From assembly GCA_026023565.1 (NCBI GenBank), contig JAPETS010000036.1, forward strand, positions 62,001-126,000: a stretch of DNA of 64,000 nucleotides. The letters run 5' to 3'. How positions within the stretch are numbered: the stretch's first letter is position 1; the number at the start of each line of letters is the position of its first letter. Under the pieces are notes generated by a model, which saw only the letters and a program-made list of their open reading frames with translations, had not been told where the DNA came from and ran no database searches. This document shows, piece after piece, positions 13,667 to 26,186 of this stretch. This stretch comes from Cirrosporium novae-zelandiae (taxonomy: Eukaryota). The position numbers and the translations under genes are program-made.

Positions 13667-16600
13667 TCAGTAACCGATGTTTAGGGTGCTAAATTCGCGC
13701 TCCAGTTCTGCTGCATGAGTAACGCCAACCATGGCCTCATGATGTTGTCCTCCTACTCCAGCGCCACACTCGGGGCATCTAGATGTCTCCATGGGCATAC
13801 CGCATTCGCCCACAGTAAACGCATGGCCATTCTCACAATTGTACCAGTGTCCTGTACCTCTGAGCTCTGTTGCCATGGCAGCTAGTATGCTGCGTTTTTC
13901 ATCATTACTGACTACGCCGTAAAACGTTTCACCCCGTAACATTTTCCTAACAGCGTCCACATCTTCCATCATGCCTCGGGTTTGGGCTGGGTGGTCTTCA
14001 CACAGAGCCTTGGCATAGTCTACATGAGTTAAGGCATCCTCCCTGAGACCTCTTGCTACCTCCTCAGCAGCTGTTGAACTTTCGAGGGCTGAGTAGTGAG
14101 CAAAAAATATATGTCCCTCAACCTCTTGGAAGAGATGATTAGAACTTTTTGCTAGTTTGATCAACTTCAAGCAGTCCTTCCTGTTATAAGAGAGCTCGAT
14201 GGAAAACTGGACCAGATCTTTTGGGGCATTTTGAATCAAAGTCTTGACATCAGATAGCATGGCAAGATCACATCGGATCAATAAAGCGCTCGCAAGAAGG
14301 TAACCTCGCATCTGGATAACGTTGCTATCGTAAGTAAAATCGATTAGAGTTTTGTGACGCCTTTTGGCATTAATTACCATATCCCATACTCGCTTAAACG
14401 GTTGCTCTTCTTTGCGCATTCGTCCCATATGGGCTTTAATTTTCCCCCAAAGTCTGAGAATAGATTCATATCGTTTCGGGCCAGCCCAGTCGTATATCGT
14501 TTTTATTTGCTCGTTATGGTTACCCTCGATCCTTAACTCTTCTGGTTTGGCAAAGCCCTGGAAATCATACGCTGTTGTATCCACTGAGCCAACGAGCAAT
14601 TCATGGTCCACCTGGAGCTGTTTTGCAAGAGGAATATATTCTTTGTTAGCCCAAACAATGAACTTTTTGGTTGCTTCGTCAAGAAATGCCCCTCGGACGA
14701 TACGACCATATCTCGACAGATCCCTTAAGGAACCTCGACATGTCGCACAGACTTTCATTGCCTCCATGGAGAATAGATCGTATGTTTTCTTGATCTCGGT
14801 GATTATACCCTGCTCGGAAAACGTGTAATGCTTTGCCATGTCCATCTGGCCGTCCATACTATCCACTGTCAAGATATGACCACACTGCGGAACTATGCAA
14901 GGACTTTCATCAAGGTCAATGTCTCGATACGGTTGCATTAAAATAAAATCGACAGTGATGTCTTTAATATCTTCTGTAGCACATTTCTGACAGTATCTGG
15001 TTGAAGGGCATATTTCACCGCAGACTGAAGGGCCTTTAAGCTCTGTAAGTAGTTGTTGATTAATGAAACGATAGAATATACTCACATTGATGGCTACAGC
15101 TCAGCACCTTCGTGCAACGCTTCGAGCAAGGAAGCCAATCGCATGGAGCTGCACAAGGCATAGTACAACGGCTGTGAGGACACGCCGATGCACAGTTTTC
15201 TTCGGCGCAGGGCGTGCAAGGCTCATGGCATTTTTTATAACATCGCGAATGACTACAACAAACGGTGCAGGGTGCATCACAGGATGGACATGGGCTAGTT
15301 CCATGGCATGGGGTGATACATCTGTGGTTGCAGGTTGTGTAATTACGGCCACAGGGTTCCTGACAAGTTCCATGGTCTTCTTGTATAATCCTTTCGTTAT
15401 ATCTAATTCTGCAGTCCTTACAGGGTTTCTTGCATCGATGTCCACAGATTAGAAGAGAGCCGCATTCAGCCTTGCACTTAAACTCATTGCTCGTAACATT
15501 TATGCAGCAAGAGATATTAATTTTGTGACTGCACCCAGGTACGATCGATTGAACCTTCTCTGTACAGCGAACAGAAATTAGATGCTGAGCATTCCAACAA
15601 GGAAGATGGTCTTTCTTATGGCCACATGGTAGGATTAGATCCGTTCTGTAGACCTCAATGGGACACTTTGGATCGCATATATCACCACAAACACGGTTGC
15701 ATGGGTGTTCACAACCAATTCTAGGCCTTGGACATGGTTCTAAGCACTTGACGGCACTGTGAAGGACTTCCGAGTGACATTTATTAACACAAGCATGCCC
15801 ACACTTCAACCGTTTAGTGCACCGCTCGTCGCACCCGCCTTCGGGGGATAACCGTTGGAAGTCATCAGGAGTAGAAACCTCAATTAACTTGTCTAGATGT
15901 CGAGGACACTGGAGCTCAAAGCTGCCGCCGATGTTGCCAGATTGCTTCAAAATTGCAAGAACATCAGCCCACATAGCGACGTGACTAGAAGTGCGTGAGT
16001 TTCCGATAATGTACATTCCATGTTTAGCTCTGGAAAGCAATACGTTGATGCGGTTGCTAGTTCGCAGGAAGCCACATCTATTTCGCTCATTACTTCTAAC
16101 CAGGGATATTATCACGATCTTTGCTTCCTCGCCTTGAAAATTGTCTATTGTGGCGACTTTGAGGGCTTGTAAAAGTTTTATTTTGCTTACAGGCGAAGAA
16201 ATGGCATCTTCGTAAGACTCTATGCCATTTCTTTCCAAGTCCCGAAGGTCACGGTCGTTGACGACGACCTCGAAAGAGTCGCGTAACCTTCTACGGATCT
16301 TAAGCAGCTGACCTAGATATGGTGTAAGCACGGCGATATCTTCCGTTTCATAGACTCCCTGCCGAACTAAGTGAGAAACGAGAGAAGCGACCATATCAAG
16401 TTCAAAATCATTCCAATGTGAAGTTGGCATGGCATCCTGTGTGTCCGCATCTGCTTCTGGTTTTATGTGGTCAAACCAAAACAGCCTTTTCTTCATACCT
16501 GCGACTTTTGGATACCCTTCAACAGCCGGAGAATCTTTCAGCGCTGGATACAAGGTTGCTCTTATAAGTTGCGCTATCGAAGGATCCATTCTCCGTTGTG

Positions 16601-19600
16601 TCTCCAAGGTGCTAAAAGGAACACGTAAGCCGGAGGATACAGGTGGCTGAACCAGCCTTTCAAAAAGAGATACGTCCAGTGAATACTGCGCTCCACGAGC
16701 GTTTTCGCGCTGAAGCTCGTAATTTTGGATACGGGGCCGCAGCTGGAGGTGATCACCAATAAGAATAGCATGCTCTATTGAAGGAAGGAAGGCGGTCAGG
16801 AGATGTGCTTCAAGAACCTCGCCCGCCTCCTCGCACAGCATCACTTTTGATTGAAGTCTTTGGAGCAAGTCAATATTCTTGGCTAACCCGGAAGTTGTGA
16901 CTCCAATAACGTTGGCCTGTTGAAGACATCTCAAGTCAAGCTCATTACGAATCTGATCATGATCGGCCTTCACGCCTAGATAAGACATAAGAGCAGTCAT
17001 AATATTGTTGTAAATGTCATTTTTGATACTAGACAGCCAGTGGGCATGTATAGTCGCACGCTCTATTGATGACATCGCATAGAGACTCTCCTGAAGAAGT
17101 CTCGAGATCGGACGAACGCGGCTGAATCGCTTAGAAAAGAGGGGATTATTCTCGTAGAGCCAGTTATCAATTATATTCTCAGGGTGGTGATGCACTACTT
17201 CCCAGCCTTCTTCGGGTTGACCAAACAATTCATTGTGGTGTTCAGAATGGTGGACCTCAAGATAGTTCTTAATACTAGTCCATGAATCAAGCTTGTTGAG
17301 AGTTGAAAAAAAGTCGGATAGCGCATCTTCATCTTTTTCAAGGGCCTGAGCCAACTCCCATTTGCGACGTTTCTCAACTTTTGTTTGCTCCACTTTCTTC
17401 GCAACAAGGCGTAAATTTAGAGGCTGGAGTAGCTCTGACTTTGACCGGCCCCCAATGCGGATAACTTGGCTAATTCCGCTGTGAATAAGTTCCTCTAGCA
17501 ACTGGTCCAACGCATGGTTTGTATAGGTCACGCAAACAATAGGTCCAAGCTTTGCATGTTTTTTGTTGCTAAGTAAGACTTTAATAATTGCTACGCCGGT
17601 GAAGCTCTTACCTGTTCCAGGTGGTCCTTGTATAAGCGCCAGAGATCGACTGAGCGAGTCAATTAGAGCAGATGCTTGGGCATCGTCTAGGACCGACATC
17701 TCCTGAAAAGCTTTCAAGTCAAAGGGCTCTCCAGGTGAAAACGAAAGGTCGGTTTCATGCTTTAGAATACACCCTAAATTGAAGCGAAAGTTTTGTCGTA
17801 TAGTATAAGGAGGTGGTTCGATATTGACAAGGCCAGTAATCTTCGTGTCCGTAGGGGCAAGTATCTGTGCAAATGGAAGCTCAGCGGTAATGGCTAAACG
17901 CTGCAAGGCCAGCAGAGTAGGTTGAAAAGAGGGTAATAATACCCCAGGGAACTCAATAAGTGAGTCTTGCTGGATATTTTTACTCATTTTATACCGATCG
18001 AGAATTTGCTTAATACTAGACTCGTCATTTTTAACTAGACGAAGGGTTAGAAATGCTTTGTCGGGGTCCTCGGAGAGATTAAAGATCGTAGCACTTGATG
18101 CGTCAGATTGAGGCTCTTCAGTTTTTGAAGGGTCTGAGACTGAACAGAATATTGCAGAGCCATGAGAGCCGAGTAGACAGATTAATGCGAAAGGCTGTAG
18201 ACGCCTCGTGCCTTTCCACCATTCTTGACGGCTTTGAAGCGTCATATTGCGCAAATGTGGGAGCTGGTTAAAGCTAACTGAGAATTCAAAACCTCTCCAT
18301 TTCCCAAATGATATGTCCAACACTGCAACATTTAGATATGTGTAAATCCTAGTACCTTGCTGGTAATGTGGCCTGGTTACAACTCCTTCCTGCACATTAT
18401 GCCGTTGCTCCAGCTCTGCTCTAATGGCATCCCGGAGTTGACCCACCGTATCCTCACGCAGCAGGCGAAATTGTCGATCAAATAAACCCTCAACTCCCGG
18501 TAGATACGACTCCGAAGGATCATTAATAGGCAGATATTCACGACGAACACTTTCAATCTCTTCATAGGTCGGCATGATTTGAATCTCTCGAATATCAGCA
18601 TGGTCGTTATCATGACGAGGTCCTTCTACGGACAAATTCCCAGGTAGATCCTGATGTAACACAAAGGATACATTCGTAATAGGGACCTGATGCTTATTCT
18701 TTAATTCATTTAATGGCATATCACGACCGAGCCCAAGCCGACGGTGAATTTTCCCAAGGTATTTTCTTGCTTGGCATTCCGAAAGAGGCCCATTTCCCAG
18801 GTTAAGTTCATCAAGAAGGTCATCTAAAGCCTCCACAATAGGGTAAAGAGCTTCATTTAGGAGTGCTGCTCCATTCAAATCAATAACTTTTGCTAACACA
18901 GCGAGAGTAGTTTCGACCAATGAGGAAATATCATGATCCTCTATCGTTAGGGAGGAATATCCTTGGAAGGATAAAACATCGACGACGAGTGTAAATAGTT
19001 TAACTGTCCGCCGTCCACCCGGTCCATATATATATGTGTAAATTGTTGAGACAGGGTTCTCGAGAAGCGCTGACAAGACCACATCAGGATGAGACAAGGT
19101 CTGGAAGAATGGAATAATCTCTGTCATGACAACGACTATTTTCGCCTTATCGGCCATTGCTTCAAAGTTCCGCTCAATAAGTTCCTTGACTCGAGATAAG
19201 CCACCTTCAGAGGCCATCAGGGTGATAACCTCCTGCATAAAACCAATGTCACTGTTCACTAGTTTAAGACCTCCCTGAGCGAAATGACGAAGCTCTTCCC
19301 CGACCAAAGACCGCCCATAGCGTGGATTTTTTGGAACTAAAAATCTCCATGCTTGAAAGTCCGATTCTAGAGTTGGAATAGACAAGGTTCTGTTTGAGCC
19401 ATGTATTTGGGGTTCGTGCCGAGGTTCGGACAGCTGTGTGCCACCGTATTGCTCAAAGGGGGTACCATTATTTTCTCCTGAATGGGAAAAGTGGCAATTA
19501 TCACCCTTCAGACAACCTTGTGGAGTAAAGAAGAATCTACAGGGCCGCCGAGACTTCCAGTCGCCACTTGAGGTTGAGGGGCCGTGGTTATACCCGCGTG

Positions 19601-19647
19601 CTGAACTTCTCTTAGATTTTCTGGCAGAGAAATCAAAGCAAGGCTCC
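13667..19647 (-). CDS. ZNFX1-like protein: CCCH finger, UPF1-like SF1 RNA helicase, NF-X1 zinc fingers, RING-like segment and RZ finger; true 5' exon not resolved
   Basis: ORFs of 1441 aa and 472 aa are joined by intron 15034-15085 (..HQC|PSVCGE). Motifs: Walker A GPPGTGKS, TYTNHALD, CEEAGE, IGDHLQLRP, SLFERL, QRRM, TIDNFQGEE, NRINVLLSRAK, many CGH.C...C repeats, and C-terminal GHWYNCENGH..VGECG..CPECG..GG. The frame stays open upstream to an acceptor at 19648. Confidence 0.9.
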
Positions 19648-20842
19648 CTAATTAATAGTCAGTACATTTCAGTTTATTCGAATAAGAGCAAAACCATCCA
19701 AATCCACGGAGATGAAGTTGCAGGTGCAGTTTTTACAATTATTCACTCCGCATCAAACCATACTTCGCTCTAAGGAGAGCTGAAGAACTCGAGATGCTGA
19801 GAAGTAATCATGCAGCTGCAGCTGAAACTAGGTTTGAAATTGACTTGATTCAATTACAAAGGCTAGCTGGTGTTTCCATGACCAAAGCACACCTCGCAAT
19901 CCAAAGAGATGTTTGATTAAGGATATATTAGGTGGACCTACATCGGTCTATTTTCAGCAGTGTCGCTTTCCAATTCCGAGAAATATCAAGTTCGAGGGAT
20001 GTGACAATTTGAGTCAGTTTTCTGGTCTTTCAAAGAGAGGGGGTTTCAGCCAATTTTGTAGTAAATCGTAGTTTGCAAAATGCATTCACGTCATATGGCC
20101 CTCATCCTGTAAAGCATATTGTAATACTGTATACTGTACTTTCGAAAGTACATAACATAATAAAATAAGACGGTTCGCCTAGTTTCCAGCTCATGTTTTT
20201 GACTACCCGATTCTTGACATGTATTAATGATAGGCCGAATACCGTGGTATTGTCTCCAGAGAGTGTGGTAGGAAGATTTACGAGGTGACATGGCTGAGAT
20301 AGAGGACCAATGATGGTAGATAGATTATAGACAAGAAAACACATCGAGCGCATTTCTACCAAGTAGTCATCGAAAACTTAGAAGAGGCCAATCAACAATC
20401 TCCTCAAGTGCTTAGATTATCAATATGGTTTTTAGTCAAGAGAAGGGGAGAAGGAGAGAAAGCATATGTTCTTACAACGATAGCAGGTTAAGTGTCACAG
20501 CGTGTATACAAAGTCGCAAGGTATGTATTAGTACGACCCCAGGTAATATTACCTGAAGCTATACGGTTTCGATCGGTCCTCACGAACAATACTTGGATGC
20601 TCAGTAATGTGCGAGCTATCGTCAACTTCTATAAACTTCCGGAAGTATCGAATAATTCCAATGTTTTATTACCCAAGTCATGCAGGGTTCATCTCAAAGC
20701 TTCGGTGTTGTACCAGTTACGACGGGCCCGACCCGAAATGGCAGTTCTTCAACAAAATTACCGAACTCAATGAACCATCAACTCTCAAAGATGAAGATAA
20801 CCCTCGACAACACCACAATTTTTCCTCCAGATTAACTCAACA

Positions 20843-22299
20843 ATGACCCAGCATCCAGGATTCGACCTTCCAGTGGAGACACATGGTTCCAAGGACCAAC
20901 ATCCTGATGGCATTCGGAATAGTGAGGGTTGGGATGGCAAACTTCGCGTTGATCGAGGCATATTAGGAGACGGGGATGATACTCAGGAAGATGTAGCCTC
21001 AGAGCAAGAGATCTCGGACGGAGATGATACAGTAGTGACTGTTCCACCGGCAGAAGAAATTGCTGCAGATGAAGGTGTGCAGATCTGGCTATAGTTCCAA
21101 TGCGGGGTACGACTGATAAAGATGGAGGGGCTGATGTGCTTGAGGGTAGATCTCTTGGAAGATTATGAAGATGATACTGATGTACGTGCCTGTCCCTATA
21201 CGAAGCTATCCCTTTTCACCTAGGAGGCTAATATTATTGTACTAGGATATTGATCTCGTCCACTGTCGAATAACGTCCATTCCTGCCTTACGTCTTGATC
21301 GCTTCACAAAAGTCCAAGTGAGCTCCTGTTGTGCAGGTCTCCATCAGTCCGAGCGAACTGACTGTGAAATTTGATAGAAATTATGTCTACGTCAAAATCA
21401 CATATCTACTATTGAATTTCCTTCCAATCTTGGGCAAACCCTTGAAGACCTCGATCTCTACGATAATCTCATATCACATATCCGAGGTCTTGAGGAACTT
21501 GTACACCTGACAAGTCTCGACCTCAGCTTCAATAAGATCAAGCACATTAAAAATGTCAGTCATCTTACGGAACTCACGGATTTATTTTTCGTGCAGAATA
21601 GGATACATAAAATTGAGGGATTGGAAGGTTTGACCAAATTGAGGAACCTTGAATTAGCAGCCAACAAGATTAGAGTCAGTCTCTATATAATCACTATTTG
21701 GATTTGTGCTCTCTGCTAACACTCTACCTTGTTAATAGGAAATTGAAAATATCTCTCACCTTGGCTCCCTCGAGGAGCTTTGGCTCGGTCGCAATAAGCT
21801 GACTGATTTATCCCCGCTACCTCCACTCCCCGCCCTTCGCATTCTTTCCTTGCCTTCCAATCGCCTAACAACACTTTCTACCCTTCCTTCTCTTCCCGCA
21901 CTCGAGGAACTCTACCTCTCACACAATGCTCTTATGTCTATCCCGCCGGAAGCGTTAAGTAAAATCCCAAATCTACGTATCCTCGATATATCTTCAAACC
22001 GAATGTCCCACTTGGAGAATTTATCTCAACTGGAACACTTGGAAGAACTCTGGGCGAGCAGTAATGATTTTTCGAGTTTTGAGGAAGTAGAAAAGGAGTT
22101 GAAGGATAAAAAGGAACTGAAAACGGTGTATTTTGAAGGGAATCCGCTACAGACAAAGGCGCCGGCACTGTATCGGAATAAAGTCCGTCTGACGCTACCA
22201 CAGGTCGTGCAGATTGATGCAAGTGAGTAACCATTCTTGCTCCACAGAGTCTCCACGCTAATCGAGGTGCTTGATATAGCATATGTCAAAATTACGTGA
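20843..22299 (+). CDS. SDS22: Protein phosphatase 1 regulatory subunit Sds22 (leucine-rich repeat)
   Basis: N-terminal GWDGKLRV, IAADEDLL, DIDLVHCRI, LDLYDNLI, LDLSFNKI, and C-terminal TVYFEGNPLQ..YRNKVRL.LPQV.QIDAT. Five introns. Confidence 0.92.
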
Positions 22300-22710
22300 T
22301 GTATTCTCGGTAGAAGCGAGTAATATTTAGGGAACTGAGGCAGGGCCATTAATTCGGGACCAATCTTTCAGAATTCCCTTGAATTGGCCCGCTTCTAGAT
22401 GAACTATGTCAATAGACTATAGCCAAAAGATTTTATTTCCAAAACGATTGATGATCTCCACCTCTGAAAAACATCTTTGGAAGATTGCCGGAGAGGACAG
22501 TATGCTTTCCTCGTGTTGCAACTCGAGTGATACTTAGGATTCTTAAATATCTTCCAATGATATGTTGTATCCGTAGGTTTGATATATCACTGAAAGATTC
22601 ACAGCATGCATACCCCTATACTCCTAATGCCCAATGCAAAAATGTGAATCCACATAAGACCTCCCAGTCCCCAACCCAACGCCGGCAGAGTATTCAAGCC
22701 AAGTGGACGC

Positions 22711-23322
22711 TCATCTTTTCCCCCCAGATTCCTGCTGTTGGTATCGTTCCCCCACCCTGCCGGCCCCTTGTTCCGGTAAACCCCACCAGTCCCTGTGCAA
22801 CTTTTCTTGTACCTGTCTTTTCCGTTCTTTTGCCTCTTTCTCCAATTTCCTCTGCTCTCTCGTCGCAAACCACTCTTCCCTCGCTGCATCATGCTCGGCT
22901 TCCGTAGCATGCCGCACCATACACGCATTCATAGCCAGACGCTCCACACGGCAAGCCCAAGTCGCAGAAATAGTTCGATGAATGGCGCAGGCGGCAAAAT
23001 CTATAAGATGCCCCAAAACAAAATCCATAAATTAGTAACATAAGACTTCATCCCGAAAGAAGAGTGCGGAAACAGATGAACCCAATAGCTTTTTCTCCTG
23101 AGCTTGGGCTTAAAGACCAATTAAATAAATAACTAATCACCCACCTCTAATTTCATCCGCACATTTATTCCGCACCCTCTTGTGGTATATTTCGGTAACC
23201 TGCGCTTCCTGAGACGCCGACAGCGGTACAGGATTGCGTGTGGGCATGGGAAGACTCTTCGGTCTGGTATCTGGATTCACCTGCGGAGAAGGACCACCTT
23301 TGCTAGGAATTGATGCCATCAT
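22711..23322 (-). CDS. CMC1: Twin CX9C cytochrome c oxidase biogenesis protein, Cmc1-like
   Basis: PLSASQEAQV..YHKRVRNKCADEIR, then an intron of about 23002-23145, then DFAAC..RTISATWAC....MNAC..DAAREEWF. It has two CX9C pairs. Confidence 0.85.
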
Positions 23323-23727
23323 TATTGCAAAGAAGGTGGTAGGGATGAGTGAGGGGGGGGTAGGAAAGGCGGGATTCGTCAAGTCGTTCAAGCCTGGGGT
23401 AGTAATTTCGGGTTGTTTAACTAGTGAGCATTGGAGAGGGGAGATATTGTCACGGCAATTGGGTGTAGCTGGTTAGGAGAAAGTGTAGTTTGGTAACAAG
23501 CTCACTCACCCACTGCTCCCGGTCGTTGGTGTTGGGATGGGCAGGTAAATGGCATGGAACTTCGGAGGTCGGAGAATAGAGCTGGTGCTTCGTGCCTGAG
23601 GCATCGAGTATCGGGCATCGGGATTCGCTACCAATGACGCCGAGAATTTTTTATTTTTCCAACTTCCAAACATTATAACTCCCATCCTTAGCATCAGCTA
23701 GCAACAACTAGAGCAACCTCTTCAAAA

Positions 23728-24660
23728 ATGTCTTCCATGCGCAATGCGGTGCAACGCCGCAACCATCGCGAGCGAGCGCAACCTCAAGAGCGGGAGAAAT
23801 GGGGAATTCTCGAAAAACACAAAGTACATTTCCCAATCCTTCACTCTCATTTCCATATGTCCATTCAAGAATCCATGTATACACTTATCACATACCACAT
23901 ACCACATACTAACAATCCCCTCCCCCCCTTTTCTCTCATATAGGACTACTCCCTCCGCGCAGCAGACTACAAAGTAAAAAAAACCCGCCTCCGAATCCTA
24001 CGTCAAAAAGCCACCGACCGTAACCCAGATGAATTCCACTTCGGAATGATGAGCAGCAAGGGCCAGGGAGTGGGCGACCGGGGAAACAAACCCTTGAGCC
24101 ACGACGTGGTGAAGCTACTAAAAACGCAAGATGCGGGGTACTTGAGGACGATGGTGCAGAAGACGAGGAGGGAGCGGCAAGCGCTAGAGGGCGAGTGGGT
24201 TTTGAAGGGTGGGAAGGAGGCGGGTGTGCTTGCGGGCGGCGGAAACGGAAATGCGAAACATACCGTATTCGTACAGAACGAAGAGGATCAGGAAGCTTTT
24301 GACCCGGAACAGTTTTTCGGCACCGATGAGAAGGGGCTTGAAAGAAGTTTTAATCGGCCTAGAGTTGAAAATAAAACTGAGGCTTCCTCCGATGATGATG
24401 ATGATAATGATAATGACGACACCAACTCCCACCCCCACCCCTCCACCACCACAAAAAAACCCACCAACCAATCTACCAAAACCCAAAGACGAAGACTCCG
24501 CTCAGCGCAAACCACCAAGCTCGAAGCCCTGCGCCAGCGCGAACGCGAGCTCAGAACAGCCGAACAGGAACTTGAATTGCAGAGAGGGCGGATGGGGAAT
24601 TCGGTGGGGGGGATTAATCGGAATGGGGTTCGGTGGAAGGTTAGGGGGAGGAAACGGTAG
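23728..24660 (+). CDS. UTP11: U3 snoRNP/SSU processome protein Utp11
   Basis: MSSMRNAVQRRNHRERAQP..LEKHK, then intron 23824-23943, then DYSLRA..RNPDEFHFGMM, LLKTQDAGY, and C-terminal WK.RKR. Confidence 0.93.
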
Positions 24661-25382
24661 GGTGGGTGAGGGGAGAAGAGGAGGGGGATGGGGGGGGGGG
24701 TTGTATGATATGGATATGGATATTAATGCTTCGGTTCCTAAAACCAGAAATGAGAAGCTCTCTCTGATAAAAAAAAAACGAAAAGAAAGAAAGGGAAAAT
24801 ATATACTTACTTAAAAAAATCACTTCCCCCTTCCCCCTTCCTTCCTTCACCTCTTCTTCTCCCTCCCTCCCTCCGTCTCCTAACCTTTTTTTATATAGAG
24901 AGAGAGAGATAATAGTAAGGGTAAGAGTAACTACTACACAGTTTAAAAAAAAAAAACCTTATATTTTTTGATTATATTTATAACTTATAACTTATATATT
25001 TATTAACCTAGGTACCTACCTTACCCATCTTACCCAGTAATAACTAGCAGAAGCAAATCCTCTTCTCTCCTTCCCTCCCCTCCCCAAAATCAATTTAAAT
25101 ATTTATTTATTTCCCTAGATTGGGATAGGATAGGGGGATTCTGGGAACATGTTTTTTTTTTAAGGATCTTTCTCTCTCTCTGTGTGTATGTGTGTCCCTA
25201 AACGCCAAAGTTGGTGCATAGCGGATGTAAAGTAAGTAAGAGACCTAAATTGAATTTTTGATCGTGAGGTTTATTTATTTATTCATTCATTCATTGGCCA
25301 AATATGATTATATCAATATCCATATACCTAGAAAGAAAGATATCCCTTCCTCGTCCTCGTCCTCCTCCTGACACCCTCCCTA

Positions 25383-26186
25383 TCACGCATCAGCCATTTC
25401 ACTATCACCGCCACCACCACCAGCCCCACCCCCCTCCGAAACAAACGAAGTCCCAAAAACATCTTCCATGAGCTCATCACCCTCACCCTCCTCCTCAGCA
25501 TTCATATCCCCTGCATCCTCACCACCCATCTCGTCCCCATCCTCCCCACCATCATCCTCCCCTTCACTCTCCCATTCCTCCTTCAAATGAAACCCCACCC
25601 CCGTTAAACAGTACCTCTCCGGCGGCAACCTGACCCCATAATCCCTCTCCACCTTCGGCAGCATGACTCGATTTCTCTCCTGCGCTAGCTCTAGTAGGAA
25701 TTCTTTTGGTAGGCCTGCGGAGAATTGGTACTGGGTGCGCGAGAAGACTGCTAGGCGTAGGGCCTGCAGGTTTACGGAGCTTAGGTCTGCGAGGTTGATT
25801 TTGTTGGTGTTGCTGGATCCGCCGCCCGCGGCAGTGGTGGAGGAGGAGCCATCGCCTGTGCCTGCGCCGCCGGCGAGGCCTTCGGCGGATAGGTGTAGCG
25901 CATCGGTTAGGATTCCGCTGGTGTAGCGGTAGGCGAAGTCGAGGAGCTGGAGCGGGACGCGTTCTTGGTAGGCAGAGACCCCCAGGCTGGTGAGGATCAT
26001 ATGGATTATGCGGGCATCGCGTGGCCGTTTTGTGTGGCCGCTGTCTGTGAGTGAGGTTGGGGGGAGGGGCGTCGAGCTGGGGGGGGCTGTCGTGCTGATT
26101 AGATTTGGTTGTTGCGAGGGTGGCTGGGATTGGGAGGGTGGGGGGGAGGGGTGGGAGGCTGCTGCTGCTGCGCCGTTGGAGGCCAT
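25383..26186 (-). CDS. TAF9: TFIID/SAGA subunit Taf9
   Basis: Intronless ORF with histone fold RPRDARIIHMIL.SLGV.AYQERVPLQLLDFAYRYT, then LPKEFLLELAQERN and RLPPERYCLTG. Confidence 0.93.
   Translation of the reverse strand: MASNGAAAAASHPSPPPSQSQPPSQQPNLISTTAPPSSTPLPPTSLTDSGHTKRPRDARIIHMILTSLGVSAYQERVPLQLLDFAYRYTSGILTDALHLSAEGLAGGAGTGDGSSSTTAAGGGSSNTNKINLADLSSVNLQALRLAVFSRTQYQFSAGLPKEFLLELAQERNRVMLPKVERDYGVRLPPERYCLTGVGFHLKEEWESEGEDDGGEDGDEMGGEDAGDMNAEEEGEGDELMEDVFGTSFVSEGGGAGGGGGDSEMADA

Noticed and set aside
24209..24814. 201-aa alternative-frame ORF overlapping UTP11
   Set aside because: Composed of translated simple repeats, with no domain.
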